From assembly GCF_009914755.1 (NCBI RefSeq), contig NC_060947.1: DNA of 64,000 nucleotides; one strand, 5' to 3'. The stretch comes from the human T2T-CHM13v2.0 reference genome, Homo sapiens. The translations under genes were made by a program, and so were the position numbers. This document shows positions 52,413 through 64,000 of the stretch, piece after piece (position 1 is the first letter of the stretch; each line of letters opens with the position of its first letter). The notes beneath the pieces are model-generated. The model made no database searches, was not told where the DNA came from, and worked only from the letters and a program-made list of their open reading frames with translations.

Positions 52413-54777
52413 CAGATACACCGTGTTTTATTGTGCTCTACTTTATTGTACTTTGCAGATATTGTATTTTTAACAAATTGAAGGTTTGTGTCAATCCTGT
52501 TGTACAGTACGTCTATCAATGCCATTTTTTCAACGCATTTGCTCACTTTGTGTCTCCGTGTCACATTGGTAACTCTCACAATATTTCATACTTTTTCATT
52601 GTGATTATGTCTGTCATGGTGATCTGTGATCAGTAATCTTTGATGTTATTATGAAATTGTTTTGGGGCACCACAAACCATGCCCACATAGGAACTTAATA
52701 AATGTGTGTGTTCTGACCACTCTATCGACTAGCCACTCCCCTATCTTTCTCCCTCTTCTTGGGCCTCCCTACTCCCCAAGACACAAAAATACTGAAATTA
52801 AGTCAATTAATAATCCCACAATGTCTTCCATGTGTTCAAGTGAAAGAAATAGTAACAGGTCTCTCACTTTAAATCAAAAGCTAGAAATGATTAAGTTTAG
52901 TGAAGAAAGCATGGTGAAAGCTGAGATAAGGTGAAATCTAGGCCTCTTTTGCCAAACAGCCAAGTTATGAATGCAAAAGAAAAGTGCTTAGAAGAAATTA
53001 AAAATGCTACTCAGTGAACACACAAATGTTAAGAAAGCAAAACAGCCTTATTGATGAAATGGAGAAAGCTTGTGTAATCTGGATAGAAAATCAAACCGGC
53101 TACAACATTCCCTTACGCCAAAGCCTAATCCAGAGCAAGATCCTAAGTCTGCAATTCTAAGAAGTGAGGAAGCTGCAGAAGAAAAGTATAAAGGTAGCAG
53201 ATGTTGGTTCATGAGGTTTAAGGAAAAAAAGCTGTCTTTATAACATAAAAGTGTGAGGTGAAGCAGCAAGAGCTGTTGTAGAAGCTGCAGCAAGTTGTCT
53301 GGATCTAGGTAAAATTATTGATGTTGGTGACTACACTAAACAATAGATTTTTGGTGTATACAAAGCAGCCCTCTATTGGAAGAATATGCCGTCTAGAACT
53401 TTTCATAGCTAGAGAGGAGAAATTAGTGCCTGGCTTCAAAGCTTCAAAGGACAGGCTGCCTTTCTTGTCAGGTGCTAATACAGCTGATGATTTTAAGTTG
53501 AAGCAAATGGTCATTTACCATTCTGAAAATCCTAGGGCCTTTAATAATTATGCTAAATCTATTCTGCTTGTGCTCTATACATGCAAGAACAGAGCCTGGA
53601 TGACAGCACATGTGTTTATAGCATGGGTTGCTGAGTATTCTGCATCCATTGTTGAGACCTATTGCTCAGAAAAATATATTTCTTTCAAAATATTACTGCT
53701 TATTGACAATGTACCTGGTCACTCAAGAGCTGCCATGGAGATGTACAAGGAGAATAATGTTTTCATGCTTACTAACACAATATCCATTCTGCAGCCCATG
53801 GATAAAGGTGTGATTTTTCAAGTATTATCATTTAAGAAATACATTTCATAAGGCTATAGCTGCTATAGATCTGCTATAGCTGTGATAGATCTAAGCAAAG
53901 TAATTTGAAAATCTTCTAGAAAGAATTTACCATTCTAGATGCCATTAAGAACATCTGTGATTCATGGGAGGAGGTCAAAATATCCACATTATCAGGAGTT
54001 TGGAAGAAGTTGATTCCAACTCTTGCAGATGATTTTGAATTCTTAAGACTTCAGTGGATTAAGTAACTGTAGATGTGTTGAAAATAGCCAAAGATCTACA
54101 GTGAGGATTGGAGCCTGAAGATATGACTGAATTGTTATAATATCATGATAACATTTTAACAAATAAGGAGTCACCTCTTATGGATGAGCAATGAAAGTGG
54201 TTTCTTAAGATGAAATCTACTCCTGGTGAGGACGCCATGAACATTGTTGAAATGACAACAAAAGATTCAGACTATTACATAGACTTAGTTGATTAAGCAG
54301 TGACAGAGTTGTAGAGGATTGACTCCAAATTTTAAAGAAGTTCTATGGGTAAAATCTTATCAAACAGCATTGCATGCTACAAATAATCCTTTATAAAAGG
54401 AAGAGTCAGTGCAGCAGACTTCATTGTTGTCTTATTTTAAGAAATTGCCAGTCACCTCAACCTTCAGTAACCACCACCATAGTTAGTCAGCAGCCACCAA
54501 CATTGAGGCAAGACCCTCCACCAGCAAAAAGATTAAGATTTGTGGAAGGCTCAGATGATCATTAACATTTTTAGCAAAAATGTACTTTTAAAATTAAGTT
54601 ATGTACATTGTTTTCAGACACAATGCTATTGCAAGCTTTATAGACTACAATATAGAATACACATAACTTTTATATGCACCGAGGAACCAAAAAAATTTGC
54701 GCAACTCGCGTTATTGAGGCATTTGTTTTATTGCAGTGGTCTGGAACTGAATCTGCAATATCTCCAAGGTATGCTTG
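52413..54777 (+). mobile_element. Tigger1 (TcMar-Tigger/pogo) DNA transposon, near full length, decayed
   Basis: Degenerate TIRs 'cagatacacc' / 'ggtatgcttg' followed by TA; about 2.37 kb long; carries transposase remnants. Confidence 0.95.
52821..54200 (+). pseudogene. Disrupted Tigger1 transposase (CENP-B-type HTH plus DDE domain)
   Basis: N-terminus MSSMCSSERNSNRSLTLNQKLEMIK; ORF 53318-53851 contains [10 protein letters not shown]...YHSENPRAF...[10 protein letters not shown]...LQPMDKGVI; multiple stops and frameshifts; 3' boundary approximate. Confidence 0.9.
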
Positions 54778-55214
54778 TATTATTTAGAACTGCCAGCACA
54801 TGGTGATAACGGAAAGCAATTGACTTTAAGTGAATTTTATTATTACTTTAAAAAATTATCTGCAGAAGATACATTTGTTTGTTGTCTGCTCCCTATGCCT
54901 GGTCTTTGGAAAAAGCCTCTTTTTAAGCAATTAACATCCTTTTTCAAAGTTAAACTTTTTCTTTGATAAAATTTAAATGATAAATATGTTAAGGATCACC
55001 TATTTCTTAAAATATTGAATGATTTCAAACATATATGTCATCTTTACTAAGATTACTTACCCATGTTTTCCAATTCTGCTAGAAAACCAGTGGATCATTC
55101 TTTGAAGGGTAGACAGTGTACCTTATAGGTTAGATATTATTTCTTATGCAACTTATAGTACACAGAAATCTATTTTTAAACGTACAGTAAAAGTTAAACA
55201 TACATGCAGTTATA

Positions 55215-55989
55215 ATATGCAATGATGGTCTCCTACAAAAAAGATCTTAGCTATTGATTGATTGATTGATTGAGACGGAGTCTCACTTTGTCTCCAGGCT
55301 GGAGTGCAGTGGCGCAATCTTGGCTCACTGCAGCCTCCGCCTCCTGGGTTCAAGCGATTCTTCTGCCTCAAGCTTCCCGAGGAGTTGGGACTACAGGTGC
55401 GTGCCACTACGCACAGCTAATTTTTATATTTTTAGTAGAGACTGGGTTTCACCATGTTGGCGAGGATAGTCTGGATCTCTTGACCTCGTGATCTGCCTGC
55501 CTCGGCCTCCTAAAGTGCTGGGATTACAGGAGTGAGCCACCGCGCCTGGGCAAGATCTTAGCTATTTAAAATACGTATTTCAAAATCTCTCCTTACCTAG
55601 TATCTATCTTTGTTTACTTAAGACGTTGTAATATAAATTTGAACTAGGTTATGGTATTTATGTTTTTAAATCATTTAATTTTTCCATTGAGTACCACTCT
55701 ATGGAAAAATTATTATTATTGATATACAATAATATATAATTGTGTAATAATTATATAATATTGATATACAATAATAATATTTATTACTATTATTGTATAT
55801 CAATTATTTATTGATATGCAATGGTGGTCTCTTACAAAAAAGATCTTAGCCATTTAAAAGATATATTTCAAAATCTCTACTTAGTATTCATCTTTGTTTA
55901 CTTAAGATTATTGTTATAATATAAATTTGAAATAAGTTATGGCATTTATGTTTTTAAATCATTTAGTTTTTCCATTGAAGGTACCACTC
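55215..55989 (+). repeat. About 175-bp duplication; first copy split by an Alu, AT-rich filler between copies
   Basis: Copy A is 55215-55255 plus 55567-55699; copy B is 55814-55989. Confidence 0.93.
55256..55551 (-). mobile_element. AluSc-like
   Basis: (GATT)n tail and 'gatctcttgacctcgtgatc'; perfect 15-bp TSD aagatcttagctatt (55241-55255 / 55552-55566). Confidence 0.97.
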
Positions 55990-56182
55990 ACTTCATATTA
56001 GTAAGATTTCTGTGTGTTTCTTTTGAAGAATTATTCAGAAGCAGACTTCATTGTTGTCTTATTTTAAGAAATTGCTGATACTAGCTAGATATTTACATAA
56101 ATTGCTTTGACTAAACTATAATTACCTTGTCACTGTTTTCTAGTCAATTGTAATGCAGAAAAAAATAATTCAAACTATTAAT

Positions 56183-56410
56183 ATCATGGTGAAAAGCATG
56201 GGCTCTCATAGGACATTATCAAGCTAAAATTCCATATGTGCTACTAATCATGTTAATTAATTTCTATGCCTAATTCTCTTCATCTGTTAAATGGGGCTAA
56301 TAATACTACATAGCTCATTACTTTGTTTTGAGGGTTAAGAGTAAAAACACACAGAAAGTTCTTATAATAATATCTAGCATATTGTAAGCACTCAACATGT
56401 ATAAGTTATT
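56183..56410 (+). mobile_element. MIR
   Basis: 'ggtgaaaagcatgggctct...tcttcatctgttaaatggggctaataata...gtaagcactcaaca'. Confidence 0.8.
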
Positions 56411-56431
56411 TTAGGAGATAATATATAATAA

Positions 56432-56855
<424 letters not shown>

Positions 56856-58880
56856 TGAGAAAGGCATTCTGAAAGTCAAATCTAGATATACTTTAAATCA
56901 ATATCACTTTAAACATTTACGTTAGCCATGTTTTTTACAGTGTAAAAGACTATCATATAAATTCTGTTAACTATGTTTTATTGTTCCCTGTTGTAAATTT
57001 TTATTTATTTAATAAATCTGTTTATAAGAATTTTTTTCTCAATAATACTACTGAAAAAATAGATTTCATCCAAGCACAGTGTTAACTAGATAAGAAACCA
57101 ACCCACCCTATTTTAATAGCAGCATTAATACTTTTCCTTAAGAAAACAAGACAGCCACTTATAGTATAAGTAAGCTAAGAATGTCAAAAGGGCGCTCAAT
57201 ATGTCTTTCTTCAACATAAAAAGTGATGACAATCGATCAGTCTGACTTTCACAAGAGGCTCCCTAGGAGAGAACAGCATACTGATAATAGTAAGGGCAGG
57301 AAGCCTATTTAGTTGTTTTATATTCTGTAGCTCTCTGACTGTCCCAGTAGTTACAAGGCAGCATGTTTGACACATAGCTAAAATTCAAGATGAACGCAAC
57401 ACACAAAAAGAGGGCAAAACATGATGGGACCAATAAGGAGAGATCATTTCTTATTATAAAGGCATTAACTTTTTTCAAGATGAGTGACTTGGAGTTTTGA
57501 GCTGAAGGGTTGGCTAGAAGAACACTTCGGTTTACAAAGAGAAATGCACCCTGTAATGAACTGCAGTGGACTCTAAAATGAAATTGCTGGAGGCTACATA
57601 AGAAATAGAAAAAACCTAGAAGCACAATGAAAAACATCCCGATTTACAGCATCCCTAAAGGCAGCTGAGGGTTGACCCCATTACTTTCATTGAGCAATTT
57701 GTTCCATCTCTCCTCACACATACCCTCACTAGGACTTCTAAAATAGAAAGATGCACAACATCCCTTAGCCCTTTCCACTGTCTCAAAAAGGTCCCCAAAC
57801 TTTGTTTACTAAAGTTTTAGAACTTTATGTTTTACTGTGTTTAGTATTTATTTAATTTTCTATTTTTTTTTTCCCCTTGACCTAGATCATAGAATAATAT
57901 ACTTAGAGGACATTTTTCTAAATGCAAGTTGCTAGAAATGACTTGGCAAAGATTAGTACAATTCACAGTGTCCTGCAGCAATAGAATTAACGAGGAGTTT
58001 TTTTAAAGAGAGACTGATTTAATTTTTTGATGATTTTGAAATATAAATGCTAAGAAGAAAATTTGAAGGAATAATTTTAGATAATTTATATCTAAAGTGT
58101 TACAAGCATTTTATGAAACACTAGCTATCAGATTAGTCAACAGCTTTGGTTTTACCGTCAACAGATATTCTTTAAAACATTCATACAATTTATTGTGTGC
58201 TTATGTATATCTTTATGCAATCTTTATGTGAACACTCATAGGGGACTATTGTATAATGCTATCATTGTTAGCAACATTTGTGCTTTGTTTCTGAAGTCTT
58301 TTACTGTACTAGTAATTTTTTTCTTTGCAGAAACTAAAGTTTTCTATTAGAAAAACTTTAGTTGGATCCTGATTTATAAGCAGATATAACAAACATCATG
58401 AGAGTCCTAGAGAATATCATGTAATCTTCAGTTGTTCAATCTGATGATTAAATTGGGCAGAGAAAAGAGTTCCAGTTATGTGAAAAGTATTTACCGTGTT
58501 AATGAATCTGTGCCAAAACGTTCATAGAGGCTCAACTTCAGGCCACTCCCTGTGTTAATTGCTGGGGTAAGATGTGTAACGTAGACACTTGCCTCTGGAT
58601 GGGTCAGGCTCCAGTGGGACCAGGTGCATTGCAGGAGGAATGCATTACTTTGCCCAAGCGCTTATTAGGACTTTGAAAAGAAATGCTTTCATTATATTAT
58701 TTGATGTTTTGTACATTTCAGTGTCCTGGCTAGCTTTGAAGATTTCAGAGTAAAAAGCCACAATTTGGAGATTGATATTTAATATTTAGAAACAACTATG
58801 CTTCTGTTTCTCTCTCTGATACTACTAAAAGCAATAAACCAAATATTTATTAAATAATTAGTTCATGGGAAATTATGCCA

Positions 58881-59173
58881 TTTTTTTTTTTTTAGTTGGA
58901 GTCTCACTCTGTTGCCCAGTCTGGAGTGCAGTGGGAATGATCTTGGCTCACGGCAACATCCGCCTCCCCGGTTCAAGTGATTCTCTCACACAGCTTCCCA
59001 AGTAACTGGGATTACAGGCACATGCTACCACACCCAGCTAATTTTTGTATTTTTAGTAGAGATGGGGTTTCACCATGTTGGCCAGGCTGTCTCGAACTCA
59101 CGACCTCAGGTGATCCACCCTTCTTGGCCTCCCAAAGTGCTGGGATTGCAGGTGTGAGCCACTGCGCCTGGTC
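58881..59173 (-). mobile_element. AluS (Sx-like)
   Basis: Full dimeric Alu with poly(T); no clear TSD. Confidence 0.96.
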
Positions 59174-59198
59174 TCAAACCTTGTATTATTAGATTAAA

Positions 59199-59442
59199 TT
59201 GGGGACCTGCAAACTTTTTATACAAAGAGCCAGATAGAAAATATGTTTGGCTTTGCAGGCCGCATAGTATCTCTTGCAACTACTCAGATCTACCTTTGTA
59301 GCATGAAAGCAGTAATAGACAATATGTTTAAAAAAAAAAAATGAGTGTGGTTGTGTTCCAATAAACCTTGATTTACAGAAACAGATGCTTGGAATGATTT
59401 GGCCTACGGGCCTTTTTTTTTTTTTTTTCTTGTCAATCCTTG
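59199..59442 (+). mobile_element. MER58A hAT-Charlie MITE
   Basis: 'gcaaactttttatacaaagagccagatag...tgtgttccaataaa...gatttggcctacgggcc'; a poly(T) tract disrupts the 3' subterminal region. Confidence 0.9.
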
Positions 59443-61121
59443 AATTAAGTAAAGAAAGTGACAGGTTTCCTGCTAGAAAAGGGTTTGTTATGAGGATTAT
59501 GTGATTTAATATATGTGAGATACGTAGAGCCATGTCTGCATGTAGTGAATGCTGTAAATGTGTTATTTATTATAATAACTGTTAGAGAAATGTAGAAACA
59601 CATCTAAACCATTTATAAGGATTACATCTTGAATATATATTTCTTTAAAACCTGGATCAGTGACTACTACTATACCTAGATTTCAATTTATCAACCAACC
59701 AAATACACTGTGAAGGATTTTGTGGATGAAAACCTTCAGATGATTGAGTGTTTCGATTGCATATTGCATATATAAGGGTTTTCTCTAATAGTAGATATGA
59801 ATAGATTCAATAATATATGCTTTTTTCATTTGCCATTCATATATTCTTTAAACTTCTAACCATTTCCCCAAACTTGGCTCATTAAACTGATATACATTGG
59901 TTTACTGTTTATACTCCTGCCTTATTTTTTGCATATTATAAATATAATACAGGTGTTTCTCAGCAAGAAAGACAATTGAATACCAATGTTCTGAAATATT
60001 CTTGTTTCTGTCAAAGACATGTTCATCACAACTCTACCACATACACTATACACATATATACTATTTTTTATTTTACCAGATTTTTAGAAATATCCAAAAC
60101 CTAAAATATTCCAGTTGGGGGACAATTATGTTCTACTGGGATAAGAGAAAGACAGAAAAATGTGGCTTTAGAAGCCTAGAAAAGCAGTGATTTAGTTAAG
60201 CATATTCAAATTTTAGTAATGCACAGTCCTGACTGACACTTAGGACTTTTTAATGTATCTTTTTATTTGTAGGTAAGATTAAATAGAAAATACCATATTT
60301 AAATCTGTGAATTCAAAACGATATTTTTTGAGTGCCTATACCATGTCCAGGTTAAGTTTTTCTACTCTAATGGAGCTAACATTTTATAAAATAACATTTA
60401 TAAAGTAAGATAACAAATGAGTTTTTAAAACTTGGATATAATTTTTACTAGAGAAATACTCTCATAAAAACCAGAGAGACTAAGGGAAAGAGTTATGAAA
60501 AATAGAGTGAATAACTATTTTAGATAGGGTGGTATTGAAAGACTGTTTAGAGAAGGAGGCATTTGAACAGAGAGAGTTCTAAATGAAGTGAGAGAGCAAG
60601 TCATGTGAAGATCTAGTAGTAGAGTGTTTGGACAGTGGGAACTACAGTGTGAAAGGCCCTGAGATGAGAAAAAAGCTGGGATATTTTTAGAAAAGAAGGA
60701 GGCTAGTGTTGGGCATGAAGGAAAGTGATCTGAAATAAAGTCAGTGATCATTTAGGGCCTCGTGGGCTGTTTTTAGATCAGTGTAGCTCTCTGAGGCAGA
60801 CATGAGATGGCTGTGGGTAGGGCAGTGCTGTGAACATCATTAAAGTTTTCCCAAGACCCTTCTGGTCCATCCAGTGGTAGTAGATATACCAGTAGGGAAG
60901 CTATTATAGCATTTCCCTGGGAAATGATGGTTGTTAGACTAAAGTGGCAGCAGTGACAAGGGTGGGAAGAGGTGATTCAGGATACATGCCAAGGTAGAGC
61001 TAATAGGAATTGCTGTTGAGTTGAATGTAGAGTGTTGGAAAAAGAGCTGAGTCAAGGATGTTTTCTATTTGCGTCAGGTAGATTCTGGTGTCATTTACTA
61101 AGATGGGAAGGTTTATGTTGA

Positions 61122-61448
<327 letters not shown>

Positions 61449-62185
61449 TTAAGAGTTCAGTTTTAACTGTGTTAGGTTTGTGAGGCTTTCTCTATATTCA
61501 AATGGAGCTGTTGAGTAGGCAATTAAACATTGGAATCTAGAGTTCATGGAAGAGATCTGAATTGCAGATATACATTTGAGAGGACTCGGTATGTAAATGG
61601 TATTTAAAACCATGAGTCTGTATAAATATCATCAAGATAGTGAGTGTAGACAGAGAAGTCCAAATACTAAATCTTGAGGTATTTAAATTTTAGTTGTTTG
61701 GCAGAAGAGATGAACCTTCACAGAAGACCAAGACGTGCAAAGCAAGTTACAAGGAAAGCTAGGAAAGTGTCACAGCCCTCAAGCCAAGTGAAATATGCCT
61801 CAAGATGAAATGTGTGATCAATTGGCAAAAGCTGTATAGAAATTGAGTAAGATGAGAACTGTCAAAATTGCTCATTGGATTTGGCAAGATGCAAGAGAAT
61901 GTTGGCCTTGAAAAGAAGAGTTTCAACAGAGAAATTAAAAACTGCAGTTAATGAAAAAAATAGGTGAGGAAGTGGAAACAAAGAGTATAAACAAATATTT
62001 GACTGAGTTTGCTATAAAAGGAGCAGAGAAATGCTCTTGTAGCTGACTAAAGACACGGGACTTAGGAAGGTTATTTTTTAAATGGATGACATTATAATAC
62101 GTTTGTTTGCTAATAGGAATGTTCCAAAGAAAGAGGGAGAAATTTATGATGCTGCAGAGAAAAGGAAATATTCAAATAGTAAATT

Positions 62186-62538
62186 CTGCCATAAAAAGGA
62201 ATGAATTAATGGCATTTGCAGCAACCTGGATGGAACTGGAGACTATTATTCTAAGCAAAGTAATTCAGAATGGAAAACCACACATTGTATGTTCTCACTC
62301 ATAAGTGGGAGCTAAGCTGTGAGGATGCAAAGGCATAAGAATGATACAGTGGACCTTGGGGACTCTGGAGGAAATGGTGGGAAGGAGGTAAAGGACAAAA
62401 GGCTACAAATTGGGTTCAGTGTATACTGCTCGGGTAATGAGTGCATCAGAATCTCACAAATCACCACTAAAGAAGTTACTCTGTAACCAAATGCCACTTG
62501 TTCCCCCCAAAAACTATGGAAATAATAAATAAATAAAT
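62186..62538 (+). mobile_element. L1PB1-like 3' end
   Basis: 'gaggatgcaaaggcataagaatgataca...aaatcaccactaaagaa' with (TAAA)n tail; TSD aaatagtaaatt / aaatagcaaatt. Confidence 0.92.
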
Positions 62539-62611
62539 AAATAGCAAATTATTTGAGTAGGCATGAAGAAATGGAATCCATTGCACTAGTGGAGGGCTTG
62601 GACTCAGATAA

Positions 62612-62805
62612 TGACAATAATGGCCATCATTTTTTATGAGTCATTTACATATATTAACTCATTTAATTCTAAAAATAACCCTGTAAGCTGTATTTTATTA
62701 CCACCTCTATTTTACATGGACAGAAAAATAAACACAGCAGGTTAAGCTAGTAATTGGTAGAGGTGGTTTCCAAACTCAAGTTATCTCATTCCAGAGTACC
62801 ACTCT
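62612..62805 (-). mobile_element. MIR
   Basis: 'attaactcatttaattct...aaccctgtaag...ctattttacatgga...ggtagaggtggtttccaaactcaag'. Confidence 0.75.
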
Positions 62806-63171
62806 AGAGAGTTATATGTTATACAGTAGATGTACATATTATAACTGGGAAAAAAGGCAGACTACACAGATAAAGTTAGGGAATTTTTTACATGTCTTCA
62901 TAACAAGATGATATAGTATAGTTTTTATTCTATTTTTCACTAAAGTTAAGTGCAAGATTATCATCTGAGAATAAGAAGGAGGGATGGGCCACTGAGGGAT
63001 GGACAATATGAGAGTTGAAGAAGGGATGGGCAATGTAGGGAAAGAGCAAAAGGTATGAAATATTTGTCAAGTACAGGAGTAAAATGGCCATGGAAAATGA
63101 CCTGCAAAATCTGCCAGTGCCAAGGTCTCTTGAAGATTTTTGTCATTATTTTAAAGTGAGATGCATCATCA

Positions 63172-63700
63172 TGTGAGGCAGAGAGCTAATTTCTATCCAT
63201 CTTTGCTTCAAGGTGTCACCAGTGAAATATCGATGGTGGGACTGACAGGTAATCTAGAGGAATAGAGCATGCCTTTCGTTTTCATATCTGTCATCCTTTT
63301 ATCTGGCATGGAGGTGTGATGGCTAGAACTTTGCTAGTCATAATTGACCATGGAGATAAGTACCACACTCTAGGGGTGGTAGGATATTGAGCCAGGCGGC
63401 AGAAGTTTGTTCTCTGATGACTTCATTGAAGTGCCACAGCAGTCCTGGACTTTTCGCCTGCAGACATCTCTAATGGGAGTCAGAAATAAATGTGTATCTT
63501 GTCTAAGCCTGTTTAGGAGTCTCTTCTTCTTATAGTCAGACTTAATCCTAACTTATTCCAGAATTTGTTTTCAGAAGCGGGTTGCTAAAGGGACAAAACC
63601 TAAAAATATGACTTTGGTTAAATGGAGGCAAACAGGTGGTTAGCAGCAAGACTCAGATGTTGCAGTTTCTCTCAACATAGGCCACTGTTCTGATGGACAC
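63172..63700 (+). mobile_element. MLT1J-like LTR (to ~63560) plus start of MaLR internal sequence
   Basis: LTR 3' motifs 'agaaataaatgtgtatcttgtctaagcc...cttaatcctaact', then internal-like 'gaatttgttttcagaagcgggttgct...aaacctaaaaatatg'. Confidence 0.7.
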
Positions 63701-64000
63701 ATGGCATATAGGGAGAATTATTTTAAATATACTTTGGGTTTTTTTTCAGGTGAGTAAAATGGAGAGAGAAAAGGAGATTCCACAATTTCCTTTAGTAACA
63801 AATTTCACTGTCTAGCAAACTTTACTTTCAGGGATTGCTTTCAGGTATGTCACTTAATATTTGTACCACTTCATCTAATTTCCATTTTCTTATATACTAA
63901 ACTCAAGAGACACATTTAGTTAAAATTTTTAATAAAATCTTACACTTGTCAGATATTTCAAATATTTTACTTTACTCCTGTCTATTATAGGAAATCCAAA

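Noticed and set aside
53853-53892. Short tandem duplications (gctatagctg...atagatct in Tigger1; taacattttataaa at ~60377-60405; atatactcatta at ~15751-15783)
   Set aside because: Ordinary slippage-size events expected in AT-rich DNA.
58310-58430. Strong acceptor 'tttttttctttgcag' with a downstream 'gtaatc'
   Set aside because: Weak donor and no recognisable peptide; cannot call an exon.

Overview
AT-rich primate (simian, plausibly human) genomic DNA, dominated by interspersed repeats. It contains six AluS copies, many 5'-truncated or nested L1s (L1PA/PB/MA/MC/ME-type), L2 and MIR relics, MaLR/ERVL LTRs (MLT1D x2, MLT1F-like, LTR16C, MLT1J-like), hAT MITEs (MER58, MER102), a nearly full-length decayed Tigger1 and several microsatellites. 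I found no protein-coding exon, RNA gene or CpG island that I can support; the ORFs in the track are repeat-derived or chance. L1s and Alus are mostly on the minus strand, which suggests a long intron of a gene transcribed on the plus strand. I cannot identify the gene. I see no convincing new multi-gene system. The most notable signals are (i) several locally templated duplications or repair scars, including a perfect 61-bp palindrome with mosaic filler at ~40.2 kb, (ii) a tiny twin-primed inverted L1 with target-site duplications (TSDs), and (iii) two candidate recursive-splice sites (YAG|GTRAG) near the 3' end. Repeat subfamily names come from my recall of consensus sequences and boundaries are approximate unless a TSD is quoted; both need RepeatMasker/Dfam confirmation.
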